A DNA stretch of 64,000 nt from an uncultured delta proteobacterium (GTDB taxonomy: Bacteria > Myxococcota > Myxococcia > Myxococcales > Myxococcaceae): assembly GCA_963796055.1 (NCBI GenBank), contig CAWCKH010000004.1, forward strand, positions 2,336,001 to 2,400,000. Direction: 5' to 3'. The notes under the pieces are model-generated. The model searched no databases. It was given only the letters and a program-made list of their open reading frames with translations, and was not told the origin of the DNA. A program made the translations under genes and the position numbers. Within the stretch, counting starts at the first letter, position 1. Each line of letters starts with the position of its first letter. Positions 18,702-28,996 of the stretch are shown piece after piece.

Positions 18702-20458
18702 CCGACCGCACCGAGCTCATCCGCCGGGTGGATGCCTGGAGCGCTGCCGACCCCGACGAGACCACCCGCGCCGAGCTGCAGCAGCTGCTCACTGCCGGGG
18801 ACTTCGCCGAGCTGGAGGATCGGTTCGCCGGGACGCTCGAGTTCGGGACCGCGGGGCTGCGGGGCGTCGTCGGGGCCGGGCCGAACCGGATGAACCGGGC
18901 AGTGGTTCGCCGCGCCACCGCGGGCCTGGCCGCGCATCTTCTGGCCACCGTACCCGACGCGACCCGACGCGGGGTGGTGGTCGCCCGGGACGGGCGGCGG
19001 ATGAGCAAGGAGTTCGCCGAGGACACCGCGGCGGTCCTCGCCGCGGCCGGTATCCCGGCGCTGGTGCGCGAGGGGTTCACCCCCACGCCGCTCGCCGCGT
19101 TCCTGGTGTCGCGCCTCGGTGCCTCGGCGGGGGTGATGGTGACCGCCAGCCACAACCCCCCCGAGTACAACGGCTACAAGGTGTACTGGGGCAACGCCGC
19201 GCAGATCATCCCTCCCCACGACGTGGCCATCGCCGAGGCCATCGCCCGTGTGGGGCCTGCCCGGGAGATTCCGCTCGCCGACCTCGGGGAGGCCCGGGCG
19301 CGTGGGCTCGTCCGGGAGATCGGGCCCGAGCTGGAACAGGCGTACCTGGACGGGCTCCTCGCGCTCCGCCTGCATCCCAGCGAGGGCACGGATCTGACGA
19401 TCGTCTACACGCCGATGCACGGGGTGGGAGGCCCGCTGGCGCTGGAGGCTCTGCGGCGCGCGGGGTTCTCGCGGGTGCACGCCGTCCCCGAGCAGCTGCA
19501 CCCTGACCCGGCCTTCCCCACGGTCCGCTTCCCCAATCCCGAGGAGCCCGGGGCGATGGACCTCTCGCGCGCACTGGCCGAGCGCACCCGGGCAGACCTG
19601 GTCCTGGCCAACGACCCCGACGCGGACCGACTGGCGGTGCTCACCCGGGGGTCCTCGGGGGAGCTGCGCGCCCTCACCGGGAACGAGCTCGGCGTGCTGC
19701 TGGGCCACTACACCCTCACCCAGGGGCCGAGGCGGGAGCGGCCGCTGGTGATGACCACCATCGTCAGCTCGACGCAGCTGGGGGCGATGGCCCCGCGGCT
19801 GGGCGCGCTCTACGACGAGACGCTCACCGGCTTCAAGTGGATCGCCAACCGCGCGATCGAGCGGGCGGCCAGGGACGGCGCCGAGCTGGTCTTCGCCTAC
19901 GAGGAGGCCCTCGGCTACACCGTGGGCACCCTGGTCCGCGACAAGGACGGGATCGGCGCGGCGCTGGTGACGGCGGACATGGCCGGCTGGGTGGCCGCCC
20001 GCGGGACCACCGTGCTGGGCTACCTCGAGGAGATCCAGCGCGAGTTCGGGGTCTACGTCTCGAAGCAGCGAAGCTTCACCCTGCCCGGTGCCAGCGGCGC
20101 GGAGACCATCGCCCGGGTGATGGACGCCTTCCGCCGAGACCCACCGACGCAGGTCGGCGCCCGGGCGGTGGACTGGGTGAAGGACTACCTGGCGCGGACC
20201 CGCACCGCGCACGGACGGACCGAGCCGCTCTCGCTCCCGCCGTCGAACGTCCTCGCCTACGGCCTCACCGGTGGCGCGCAGGTGACCTTGCGGCCGTCCG
20301 GGACCGAGCCGAAGATCAAGTACTACTTCGAGCTGCCCGAGCGGCTCTCCGCCGGTGAGGACGTGCCGACCGCGCGCGCCCGGGGCGAGCAGCGGCTCGC
20401 CGAGCTCGAGCGCGACTTCCTGGCCCTGGCGCAGGCACGTGGCCAGCCACGGGTGTGA
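18698..20458 (+). CDS. Alpha-D-phosphohexomutase family mutase (probable phosphopentomutase, PGM2-like)
   Basis: FGTAGLRG, TASHNP, DPDADR, LTGFKW, YEEALG, RPSGTEPKIK. Confidence 0.92.
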   Translation: MTDRTELIRRVDAWSAADPDETTRAELQQLLTAGDFAELEDRFAGTLEFGTAGLRGVVGAGPNRMNRAVVRRATAGLAAHLLATVPDATRRGVVVARDGRRMSKEFAEDTAAVLAAAGIPALVREGFTPTPLAAFLVSRLGASAGVMVTASHNPPEYNGYKVYWGNAAQIIPPHDVAIAEAIARVGPAREIPLADLGEARARGLVREIGPELEQAYLDGLLALRLHPSEGTDLTIVYTPMHGVGGPLALEALRRAGFSRVHAVPEQLHPDPAFPTVRFPNPEEPGAMDLSRALAERTRADLVLANDPDADRLAVLTRGSSGELRALTGNELGVLLGHYTLTQGPRRERPLVMTTIVSSTQLGAMAPRLGALYDETLTGFKWIANRAIERAARDGAELVFAYEEALGYTVGTLVRDKDGIGAALVTADMAGWVAARGTTVLGYLEEIQREFGVYVSKQRSFTLPGASGAETIARVMDAFRRDPPTQVGARAVDWVKDYLARTRTAHGRTEPLSLPPSNVLAYGLTGGAQVTLRPSGTEPKIKYYFELPERLSAGEDVPTARARGEQRLAELERDFLALAQARGQPRV

Positions 20459-20490
20459 GGACGGTCTTCAACTGGGGAAAGGAACGACTC

Positions 20491-21159
20491 GTGCGAGCTT
20501 CGATGCGGAACGCAGTCTGCTGGAGCGCGGTGCTGACGATGTGCGCGGCGGGTGCCGTGGGAGCGCAGACAGAGGTGACGCCGGCGACCGGCTCACAGCG
20601 CTGGACCGTGGATTCGGGAGAGACCGTCGGCGCCGGAGCCAACGTCGCCGCCGCCGCAGTGGGGTACCCGGGGCTGGATCTCCGGCTGTTCCATGGGCTG
20701 GATGCCACCACCGACGTAAACGCGCGCGTCGGCATCAACTACGCCTTCGAGGGGATCACCCGGGGCACGCGGTTCGAGTTCACCGCCCAGGTGGGCATCC
20801 GGAAGGAGCTGCTGACCTTCGGGGGGAACATGAAGCTCGCCGGGCACTTCGACCCAGGAATCCTCGTGGCCGCGTCCCCGGGGGAGTTCGGGATCAAGAT
20901 CCCGATCGGCGTCGAGATGGGCTTCCCCCTCAACCAGAAGATCATCCTCAACGGCTCGCTCGATCTCCCGATGTTCTTCACCTTTGGCGACTTCAACGCT
21001 TTCTACATTCCCCTGCTCTTCGGCGGGGGCATCGAGTACCTGCTCGAGCCACACATCGCGATCACTGGAAAGATCAAGGTAGGCCCAACCTTCGGGACCA
21101 ACGGCTTCCCGACCTCGTTCACGCTGTATCTGCTGGGCGGCGTCGCCTACAAGTTCTGA
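20491..21159 (+). CDS. Outer-membrane beta-barrel protein, paralog 1
   Basis: RBS + GTG; signal peptide; alternating strands; C-terminal GVAYKF. Confidence 0.75.
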   Translation: MRASMRNAVCWSAVLTMCAAGAVGAQTEVTPATGSQRWTVDSGETVGAGANVAAAAVGYPGLDLRLFHGLDATTDVNARVGINYAFEGITRGTRFEFTAQVGIRKELLTFGGNMKLAGHFDPGILVAASPGEFGIKIPIGVEMGFPLNQKIILNGSLDLPMFFTFGDFNAFYIPLLFGGGIEYLLEPHIAITGKIKVGPTFGTNGFPTSFTLYLLGGVAYKF

Positions 21160-21389
21160 CCTCGGCATCCCCGAGGTGTGCCTTTTCCCATCGGGTCGGG
21201 AGTTCGCCGACCGATGCAGCGGACAAGCGTGTCGTGACCCGCGTTTAAACTGTACGTGCTCCCCGGGGCGGCCTACCGTCTCGGCCACAACCGACGGGGG
21301 CTGGTGCCGGCCTTGGGACTTCCCGGCCGGGACCTCGGGCCCGGCAAGGCCCGGACGGTTGGTGACCGCGCTGACGTCAGGGAGGACAC

Positions 21390-22067
21390 GTGAGAGCTGC
21401 GAAACTGAGTGCAGTCTGCTGGACCGCGGTGTTCGCGCTGTGCCACGCCGGCCTGGCCCGCGCGCAGAGCGAGCCCACCGTCACCGGTGCCCACGCAGGC
21501 AACCGCTGGACGGTGGACTCGGGTGACACGGTGGGAACCGGGGTGAACGTTCTCCGGGGCCAGGTGGGCTTTCCGGGCTTCGTCGGCGATTTCATCCACG
21601 GCCTGGACCCCACCTTCGACATCGGCGGTCGAATGTGGCTGAACTACGCCATCGAGGGCATCACCAACGCCACCCACTTCGAGTGGAAGATCCAGGCGAC
21701 CCTGCGCAAGCAGTTCATGGACACCGGCAAGTTCAAGCTGGCCGGGACCTTCAATCCGGGGTTCCTCCTCTACTCCGCCGGCGGGACCACCAGCGGCCTC
21801 ACCTTCCCGGTCGGTGCCCAGCTGGGCATCCCCATCGACAGCAAGGTCATCATCAACGGCTCGTTCGACATCGCGTTCTGGGTGACGTTCGGCAGCTTCT
21901 CCACCTTCCACATGCCGCTGCTCTTCGGCGGCGGGGTCGAGTACCTGCTCGAGCCGAACCTCGCCCTGACCTTCAAGCTGAAGCTCGGCCCGGACATCGG
22001 CTTCGGCGACTTCGGCGACACGAACTTCGCCTTCAACGCGCTGTTCGGCGTGGCGTACAAGATGTAG
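21390..22067 (+). CDS. Outer-membrane beta-barrel protein, paralog 2
   Basis: GGAGG RBS; aligns by eye with paralog 1 (RWTVDSG.TVG.G.NV, NYA.EGIT..T.FE, PLLFGGG.EYLLEP, GVAYK). Confidence 0.78.
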   Translation: MRAAKLSAVCWTAVFALCHAGLARAQSEPTVTGAHAGNRWTVDSGDTVGTGVNVLRGQVGFPGFVGDFIHGLDPTFDIGGRMWLNYAIEGITNATHFEWKIQATLRKQFMDTGKFKLAGTFNPGFLLYSAGGTTSGLTFPVGAQLGIPIDSKVIINGSFDIAFWVTFGSFSTFHMPLLFGGGVEYLLEPNLALTFKLKLGPDIGFGDFGDTNFAFNALFGVAYKM

Positions 22068-22100
22068 CGGCCGGCCAGGTCGTGGTGAGATGACGCCCGG

Positions 22101-23417
22101 ATGACCCCGTACGAGCTCATCCGGGCCAAGCGCGACGGCGGCAGCCTGCCGGCCGAGGCGCTGCGCGACTTCGTGACCGCGTACGGCTGCGGGGACGTCC
22201 CGGACTACCAGATGGCTGCGCTGTGCATGGCCATCTTCTTCCGGGGACTCGACCCCGCCGAGCTACGCACCTGGACCCTGGCCATGCTCCGCTCGGGGGC
22301 CACCTTCCGGCGCCCGGTCGGCTCGCCTGCACGGGTGGACAAGCACTCCACCGGCGGGGTGGGGGACAAGGTCTCGCTCTGCCTCGCCCCGCTGGTGGCC
22401 GCCTGCGGGGTCGCGGTGCCGATGGTGAGCGGCCGGGGGCTCGGCCACACCGGGGGCACGCTGGACAAGCTCGCCGCCATCCCCGGGTTCCGCACCGACC
22501 TCTCGTTGTCCGAGGCGGAGCGCATCCTCGGCCAGCTCGGGTTGTGCATGCTCGGACAGACCGAGGAGCTGGCTCCGGCGGACCGGCGGCTGTATGCGCT
22601 CCGCGACGTCACCGCCACGGTGGACTCCATCCCGCTCATCGCCGCGAGCATCCTGAGCAAGAAGCTCGCCGAGGAGCTGGATGGCCTGGTGCTCGACGTC
22701 AAGGTGGGCTCGGGCGCCTTCATGCGCAGCCTGCAGGATGCCGAGCGCCTCGCGCTCACGCTGGTGGATCTCGCCGCCGACCTGGGCTGTCCCGCGGTGG
22801 CCTGGCTCACCTCGATGGACGCTCCGCTGGGGGCGGCGGTGGGCAACGCCAGCGAGCTGCTCGAGGCGGTGGAGGTGCTGCGCGGCGGGGGCCCCCAGGA
22901 CGTGCGCGCGCTCACCCTGCGGTTGGGGGCGGAGATGCTGGTGCTCGGCAAGGCCGAAGCGAGCGTGCCCGAGGCCGAGCGGCGACTCGCCCGGGCCATC
23001 GCCGATGGCTCGGGGCTGGAGCGCTTCGGTGCGCTGGTGCGTGCGCAGGGCGGCGACCCCGGCGTGCTCGACAGGCCGGACCGGCTGCTCGGGCCGCTGG
23101 AGGGCACCCTGGTGCGCGCGCCTCGCTCGGGCCACCTCGCCAGCGTGGACACGCTGGCGGTCGGCCTGGCGGCGGTGGTGCTCGGCGCCGGCCGCACGCG
23201 CAGCGACGAGGCGATCGATCCCGGCGTGGGCTTCACCGTGCACCGGCACCCCGGCGAGCGGGTGACCCAGGGCGAGCCGCTGGTGACGGTGCACCACCGG
23301 CCGGGTCAGGACGTGGCCGAGGTGTGCCGGCGGCTGGCCGCGGCGTTCCGCATCGGCGACACCGTCGAGCCCGCGCCCCCCTTGCTCCTGGCCCGGGTGG
23401 AGGCACGTCGGCCATGA
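22101..23417 (+). CDS. pdp: Thymidine/pyrimidine-nucleoside phosphorylase
   Basis: DKHSTGGVGDK, MVSGRGLGHTGGTLDKL, YALRDVTATV, SILSKKLA. Confidence 0.96.
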   Translation: MTPYELIRAKRDGGSLPAEALRDFVTAYGCGDVPDYQMAALCMAIFFRGLDPAELRTWTLAMLRSGATFRRPVGSPARVDKHSTGGVGDKVSLCLAPLVAACGVAVPMVSGRGLGHTGGTLDKLAAIPGFRTDLSLSEAERILGQLGLCMLGQTEELAPADRRLYALRDVTATVDSIPLIAASILSKKLAEELDGLVLDVKVGSGAFMRSLQDAERLALTLVDLAADLGCPAVAWLTSMDAPLGAAVGNASELLEAVEVLRGGGPQDVRALTLRLGAEMLVLGKAEASVPEAERRLARAIADGSGLERFGALVRAQGGDPGVLDRPDRLLGPLEGTLVRAPRSGHLASVDTLAVGLAAVVLGAGRTRSDEAIDPGVGFTVHRHPGERVTQGEPLVTVHHRPGQDVAEVCRRLAAAFRIGDTVEPAPPLLLARVEARRP

Positions 23418-24256
23418 GCTCGCTGTTCGACCACCTCCAGGAAGCGGCCGCGGCGGTGCGCGCACGGCTGCCGGAGGCTGCTCCCGAGGTGGCCCTGGTG
23501 CTGGGCAGCGGACTCGCCGGTGCGGTGCGCCTGCTGGATTCGCCCGGGGTCATCCCCCTCGCCGACGTCCCCCACGCGCCCACGCCGAGCGTCTCCGGCC
23601 ACCCGGGCCGGCTCGCCTTCGGCCGGGTGGGCCCGGTGCGCGTGGGCGTCCTCCAGGGCCGTCTCCACACCTACGAGGGCTGGACCGCCGCCCAGACCGT
23701 CTTTCCGGTGCGGCTCCTCATCACCCTCGGCGCGCGGGTGGTGGTGCTCACCAACGCCTCGGGCGGGGTGCGCCCCGGGCTGGCCTCCGGCGCGTGGATG
23801 GTGGTGACCGACCACCTGAACCTCTCGGGGACGAATCCGCTCGAGGGTCCCAACGACCCGAGGCTGGGGCCTCGCTTCCCGGACCTCTCCCGCGCCTACG
23901 ACCCGCGCCTGCGCGCGCTCCTCCTCCACGCCGCGGATACCGCCGGGGTGGCGGTCCAGCAGGGCGTCTACGCGATGATGTCCGGGCCGTCCTACGAGAC
24001 CCCGGCGGAGATCCGCATGCTCCAGGCGCTCGGCGCGGACGCAGTGGGCATGAGCACGGTGCCCGAGGTCATCGCCGCGGTGCACATGGGCGCCCGGGTC
24101 GCCTGCCTCAGCTGCATCACCAACGCCGCGGCGGGGCTCGGCGGTGCCCTCTCGCACGCCGAGGTGGAGGCGACGGCACACGAGGCGGAGGAAAGCGGAG
24201 TGCGCATCCTCCGGGGTTTCCTTGGAGTGCTGGCGGGGTCGTCCGGACCGGGGTGA
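23414..24256 (+). CDS. punA: Purine-nucleoside phosphorylase (trimeric type)
   Basis: VLGSGL, QGRLHTYEG, TNASGG, GPSYETPAE, GADAVGMSTVPE. Confidence 0.95.
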   Translation: MSSLFDHLQEAAAAVRARLPEAAPEVALVLGSGLAGAVRLLDSPGVIPLADVPHAPTPSVSGHPGRLAFGRVGPVRVGVLQGRLHTYEGWTAAQTVFPVRLLITLGARVVVLTNASGGVRPGLASGAWMVVTDHLNLSGTNPLEGPNDPRLGPRFPDLSRAYDPRLRALLLHAADTAGVAVQQGVYAMMSGPSYETPAEIRMLQALGADAVGMSTVPEVIAAVHMGARVACLSCITNAAAGLGGALSHAEVEATAHEAEESGVRILRGFLGVLAGSSGPG

Positions 24257-24351
24257 GCGCCCACCCCACCTTGGCGGGGGCCAGCGCCGACGAACCTTCC
24301 TTGCCCGTCTGCTCTCCATGTAAGCTTCCGGTCTGGATGGAGGCCGCTTCC

Positions 24352-24705
24352 ATGGAACAGGAACAGACCGCTCACCCCCCCCAGCGGCGGCCGCACGACC
24401 GGCGCGACTCGCCGCGCGTGCCCTTCCGCTTTCTCGCCCGCTGCGCCGTCGACGGCGAGGCGTTCGAGGAGACCCGGGGAGATCTCAGCATCGGGGGTGT
24501 CTTCTGGGGGACGAGTCACGCCCCGCACGGCCCGGAGGTGGAGGTGCGGGTGGTGCTGCCGGGCGAGCACAGCGAGATCTGCGCCCGCGGCCAGATCGTC
24601 GGCCGGCGCGACGCCGGCCTCCACATCCGCTTCACCGCGCTCGGCACCGACGACGAGCTGAAGATCGCCCGCTACATCGACGAGGTGGGCATCGGCTGGG
24701 AGTAG
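24352..24705 (+). CDS. PilZ-domain protein
   Basis: RRDSPR (RxxxR) and DLSIGG (DxSxxG); GGAGG RBS. Confidence 0.85.
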   Translation: MEQEQTAHPPQRRPHDRRDSPRVPFRFLARCAVDGEAFEETRGDLSIGGVFWGTSHAPHGPEVEVRVVLPGEHSEICARGQIVGRRDAGLHIRFTALGTDDELKIARYIDEVGIGWE

Positions 24706-24709
24706 CGGC

Positions 24710-25171
24710 GTGGCCGTGGGAGTTGTGGTCCACCGGATGGAGCCTGACTGGTCAGCGATGGAGACCGCGGCCCGGGCCGCGCTTCCGCGGGCGTACGCGC
24801 CCTACTCGCGCTTCGGGGTGGCCGCGGCCATCCTCTTCGCCGACGGCACCGTGCTCCCCGGCGTGAACGTGGAGAACGCGTCCTACCCTCTGAGCATGTG
24901 CGCGGAGCGCGCCGCGGTGGCCGCCGGGATCGCGGGTGGTCACGGGGCGGTGTGCGCGGTGCTCGTCCTCACCGACGCTGCCGAGCCCACCACCCCCTGC
25001 GGGGGCTGCCGCCAGGTGCTCGCCGAGCACGGCGCCGCCGACGTTCCGGTGCGCTCGCTCACGCTCCAGGGCCGCACGGCCGAGCACCGCCTCGGTGCGC
25101 TGCTCCCCAACGCGTTCCGCTCGGAATCACTGGAGCGGCGCAATCCCCCTCCTTCGCGGGACGTATGGTAA
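24710..25171 (+). CDS. cdd: Cytidine deaminase (homotetrameric type)
   Basis: [26 protein letters not shown]; true start may be 24737. Confidence 0.95.
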   Translation: MAVGVVVHRMEPDWSAMETAARAALPRAYAPYSRFGVAAAILFADGTVLPGVNVENASYPLSMCAERAAVAAGIAGGHGAVCAVLVLTDAAEPTTPCGGCRQVLAEHGAADVPVRSLTLQGRTAEHRLGALLPNAFRSESLERRNPPPSRDVW

Positions 25172-25200
25172 GCCGCCACCTCCAGAGGGTGACCTGACCC

Positions 25201-25935
25201 ATGTGGAAACGCTTCAAGCGAGCAATGCGCAGCTTCTTCGGCTTCTTCGTCTCGGGCATCGAGAACCCGGAGCTGATCCTGGAGCAGAACATCCGTGACC
25301 TGAACGATCAGGTCCCGCGGATGAACGAGTCGATCGCCATGGTCCGGGCGAACCTCACCCTGCTGGAGAAGGAGAACCAGAAGTACCAGACCGAGGTGAA
25401 CGACCTCACCGCCAAGGTGAAGGCCGCGATCCAGGCCAACCGCGACGACCTCGCCGCCTCCTACGCCACCCGGCTCCAGATGGAGAAGCAGGCGCTGGAG
25501 CGCAACATCCAGCAGCTCACCACTGCGAAGGCCGCCTACGAGAAGGCGATGAACGTCAAGAAGATGTTCATGCGCGAGAAGGAGAAGAAGACCCAGGAGG
25601 CGATGAACGCCATCCGCGACGCGCGCCGGGCGCAGTGGCAGTCCAAGGTGGCCGACGCGATGGAGTCCTTCGAGGTCGCCGGCATCGACGCCACCCACGA
25701 CGAGATGCTTCGCAAGGTGGAGGAGCAGACCGCGGTGAACGAGGCCCGGATGTCGATGGCGCTGGAGTCGGTGGACCACCAGGCGCTGCAGATCGAGGAG
25801 GACGCCGAGAAGCTGCAGGCCCAGGAGCTGGTGAAGCAGTTCAAGATGGAGATGGGGCTGGTCTCGCCCGCACCGGTGTCCGAGACCGGCGAGGCACCCG
25901 AGAAGACCATCGGCAAGAAGGTGGAGGTGAAGTAA
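25201..25935 (+). CDS. pspA: PspA/IM30 (ESCRT-III-like) family protein
   Basis: Amphipathic N-terminus [18 protein letters not shown]....DDLA, all-helical coiled coil. Confidence 0.88.
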   Translation: MWKRFKRAMRSFFGFFVSGIENPELILEQNIRDLNDQVPRMNESIAMVRANLTLLEKENQKYQTEVNDLTAKVKAAIQANRDDLAASYATRLQMEKQALERNIQQLTTAKAAYEKAMNVKKMFMREKEKKTQEAMNAIRDARRAQWQSKVADAMESFEVAGIDATHDEMLRKVEEQTAVNEARMSMALESVDHQALQIEEDAEKLQAQELVKQFKMEMGLVSPAPVSETGEAPEKTIGKKVEVK

Positions 25936-25948
25936 GCCACTCCCGGCG

Positions 25949-27115
25949 ATGGCCTGGCGGCGCAAGACGGGGCTGTATCTCTTCCTGTTGCTGCTCCTCG
26001 TCGCCGGTGGCTGGGTCGCGGCGAGCCGGGGCGGGCTGCTCGACCGGGCCAGCCGCCGACTCTTCCCCGCGCTGGAGAAGATCGGGACGCTCTCCCCGGG
26101 TGACTTCCCGGCCGGGGTCACTGCCCCGGGCGGAGACATCGCCTCGGTCCCGCTCCGGCCCACGCTGGTGGGCTTCAATCCCCGCGGCTCCGCCGCCGCG
26201 CTGCTCCTCGCCACCGGAGGGGTGGGCGCCGACGCTCAGGGCAAGGCCGGGCTGCTCCGGACCGGCTACGCGCTCGACGCCCGGGCGGTGGTGTTCGCCC
26301 GCCCGGCCGAGCTGCGCAAGGCGCTGCAGGATGGCGCCGAGCGGGGCGGGGTGGACATGGCCGCGCTCACCGTGGACCGGGTGGCGAGCTGGATCCACCC
26401 CCTCCGCGACGCCGCCCCGCGGGTGGTGCTTCTCCTCGCCCGGAGCCAGGGAGCAGACGCCCTCGGGGCGGTGGGCGTCTCCAGCCTGGCCGAGCTCAAG
26501 GGCCGCCGGCTGGCGGTGGCCACCGCGGGGCCGGGGCAGTACTTCGCGCTGTGGCTCCTGATGCGTGCCGGACTGGGCATGCCGGACGTGCGCTGGGTCG
26601 ATCTCCCCTCCGCCCTGGACGCGGGGCTGGCGCTGCGCGAGGGGCGGGCCGACGCCATCGTCGGGCTGCGGGGGGACGTCGAGGCCGCCACCGCCGATCG
26701 CGGCGGCAAGGTGCTGGCCACCACCGCCGACGCTCCGCATCTGGTGGCCACGGTGCTGGTGGTGAGGGGCGAGTTCGCCGCCCGCTACCCGGACGGCGTG
26801 CGCCGGATCCTCCGCGGACTGCTCGAGGCGGCGGCGGCCACCGCCCGCGACCCGATGCCCGCGGCGCGTCTGCTCGGCGAGGTGGCTCCGTCGCTCGGCG
26901 ACCCGCGCGAGGCGGTGCACGTCGAGCCGCCGGCCACCCTCCGCGAGAATCTCGCGTTCTTCGGCATCGCCGGGCAGGCGCCGGTCACCTACGACGAGCT
27001 GTTCCAGAGCGCGGCGGCCCTCGAGGCGCGGCTGGGGAAGTCGCCTCCGCCTCCGGCGGCGGAGGACACCCGAGATCTCACGGTGCTCCGGAGCCTCGGG
27101 GAGGCGCGCCCGTGA
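25949..27115 (+). CDS. Membrane-anchored substrate-binding protein (NMT1/SsuA-like)
   Basis: N-terminal [29 protein letters not shown] motifs. Confidence 0.7.
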   Translation: MAWRRKTGLYLFLLLLLVAGGWVAASRGGLLDRASRRLFPALEKIGTLSPGDFPAGVTAPGGDIASVPLRPTLVGFNPRGSAAALLLATGGVGADAQGKAGLLRTGYALDARAVVFARPAELRKALQDGAERGGVDMAALTVDRVASWIHPLRDAAPRVVLLLARSQGADALGAVGVSSLAELKGRRLAVATAGPGQYFALWLLMRAGLGMPDVRWVDLPSALDAGLALREGRADAIVGLRGDVEAATADRGGKVLATTADAPHLVATVLVVRGEFAARYPDGVRRILRGLLEAAAATARDPMPAARLLGEVAPSLGDPREAVHVEPPATLRENLAFFGIAGQAPVTYDELFQSAAALEARLGKSPPPPAAEDTRDLTVLRSLGEARP

Positions 27116-27909
27116 GCCGGAGATGGAACGTCTTGTGGGCCGCGCTGGCCGCCCCGGCCAACGTCGTCGGGCTGGCCACCGCCGGCGGGGCGGCGCTCCT
27201 CACCGGACACTCGCTGCCGGCCCTCGTGGCGCTGGGCGCGGAGGCGTTCTACCTCGCGGCCGTGGGTCTCGTTCCCTCGCTCCGGCGTGCGGTGGGCTCC
27301 CGGCCCAGCCGGCCCGAGGACGAGGAGGTGGAGCGGCTTCTCGCCGAGCTGGCCGAGAGCCAGCGCGAGCACTACTTCGTGCTCCGGGATCTGCGCGACT
27401 CCATCCTCGAGAACTACCGGAAGCTCCCCGCTGGCGGGGTGCTGGCCGCCTCCAGCGAGTCGCAGCTGGCAGCGCTGCTCACCGCCTTCCTCCGGCTGCT
27501 GTCCACGCTCAACGATCACCGCCGCTATCTGGGCATCGCCGATCGCGAGGCGCTCCGCCGGGAGCTCACCCTGCTCGAGTCGGAGCTGGGAGCACAGGAC
27601 AACGTTCGGCTCCGGGAGGTTCAGGAGAAGCGGGCGGACATCCTCCGCCGCCGGCTGGAGCGCTTCGCCCAGGCCGAGGAGAGCAGGGCGGTGGTGAGTC
27701 ACCAGCTGGCGAGCATCGAGGATCTGGTGAGGCTCACCCACGAGCAGTCCATCTCCATCCGGGACCCCGCGGCGGTGACCGGGATGCTGGACGCGCTGGC
27801 CGCGGAGGTGAGCGCCACCGAGAAGACGGTGCGCGAGCTGGAGCAGTTCCTCGACGTCACCGAGGAGCCGGGCGCCTCGGCGGGACGGCGCACCCGGGTG
27901 CGGGGATGA
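27112..27909 (+). CDS. Hypothetical membrane-anchored coiled-coil protein
   Basis: Two N-terminal TMs, long helical region; GTGA overlap with upstream gene. Confidence 0.7.
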   Translation: MSRRWNVLWAALAAPANVVGLATAGGAALLTGHSLPALVALGAEAFYLAAVGLVPSLRRAVGSRPSRPEDEEVERLLAELAESQREHYFVLRDLRDSILENYRKLPAGGVLAASSESQLAALLTAFLRLLSTLNDHRRYLGIADREALRRELTLLESELGAQDNVRLREVQEKRADILRRRLERFAQAEESRAVVSHQLASIEDLVRLTHEQSISIRDPAAVTGMLDALAAEVSATEKTVRELEQFLDVTEEPGASAGRRTRVRG

Positions 27910-28982
27910 GCCCCGCGGCCCTCGCGGCGCGGATCGGCGTCTGGGCGCACCAGCGGCTCCGGGATGTGGTGGACCGACTCGCGCCGCCGGAGCTGTTGCT
28001 CTCCGAGAGCATCACCGGGGTGGAACGCACCGCGCTGGCCGGGGTGCTGGTCTCGAGCGGCCTGGCCGAGCGGCTCGATGACACCCCCCGCTCCGCCCGC
28101 GAGCTGGCGGGGGACGGGGTGCGGGAGCGTGACACCGCCGAGCGTATCCTCCGAGGCGCGGCCGCGCTGGGGCTGCTCGAGCGCACCGACAAGGGGTTCC
28201 GGCGCAACCGCCTCACACGGGTGCTGCACCTGGACGGACCGCGCTCGCTCGGAGCGCTGGCCGTCTACTTCGCCTCCGAGTCGAACCTGGGTGCCTGGAG
28301 CCGCTTTCCGGAGGCGGTGCGCGCCGGCGAGGTGCCCTTCCGCCGCGCCCACGGCCACGGCGTCTGGGAGCACCTCGCCTCGTCCGAGGAGGAGGGTGCG
28401 CGGTTCGCCCGGGCGATGGAGGCGGTCACCCGCCTCGACGCCGGGGCGGTCGTCCGGACGCCGGGATTCTCCGGGCTGGAGGCGCTGTGCGACGTGGCCG
28501 GCGGCACGGGCGCGCTCCTCGAGGTGGCGCTCGGGGCGCATCCGCGGCTCCGGGGCGTGCTGGTCGACGCGCCGGGCGTGGTACAGCTCGCGCGAGCCCG
28601 GTTCGAGCGCGCCGGTCTCCTCGGGCGGGTCCGGCTCGAGCCGGCGGACGTCTTCGCCGGGGTGCCGGAGGGTCTCCCGGCGTACGTGCTGAAGGACGTG
28701 CTCCACGACTGGGACGACGCCCGGGCGCTGGCGCTCCTCGAGGTCGTCCGCCGGGCGATGCCCGCCGGAGCGCGGCTGCTGGTCGTCGAGCTCCTCCACG
28801 AGGGAGGCCCGGTAGAGGCGCTGGCCTCGCTGGTGGACCTCCAGATGCTGACGGTCACCGACGGAGGCCGGCAGCGGTCGGTGGGTGAGCTCTCCAGCCT
28901 GCTTCGGCGGGCGGGATTCGGCCCCCCGGCGGTGCACCGGACGCGCACCCCGAGCAGCGTGTTGGTCTCGGAGGCCGTGTAG
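27906..28982 (+). CDS. SAM-dependent O-methyltransferase (Methyltransf_2)
   Basis: DVAGGTG, KDVLHDWDD, DLQML...GRQRS. Confidence 0.9.
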   Translation: MSPAALAARIGVWAHQRLRDVVDRLAPPELLLSESITGVERTALAGVLVSSGLAERLDDTPRSARELAGDGVRERDTAERILRGAAALGLLERTDKGFRRNRLTRVLHLDGPRSLGALAVYFASESNLGAWSRFPEAVRAGEVPFRRAHGHGVWEHLASSEEEGARFARAMEAVTRLDAGAVVRTPGFSGLEALCDVAGGTGALLEVALGAHPRLRGVLVDAPGVVQLARARFERAGLLGRVRLEPADVFAGVPEGLPAYVLKDVLHDWDDARALALLEVVRRAMPAGARLLVVELLHEGGPVEALASLVDLQMLTVTDGGRQRSVGELSSLLRRAGFGPPAVHRTRTPSSVLVSEAV

Positions 28983-28996
28983 AGTCCCGGCCCGCC

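Noticed and set aside
21160..21389. Riboswitch between the tandem beta-barrel genes
   Set aside because: GC-rich hairpins are possible but no recognisable aptamer consensus; an Rfam/Infernal scan would be needed
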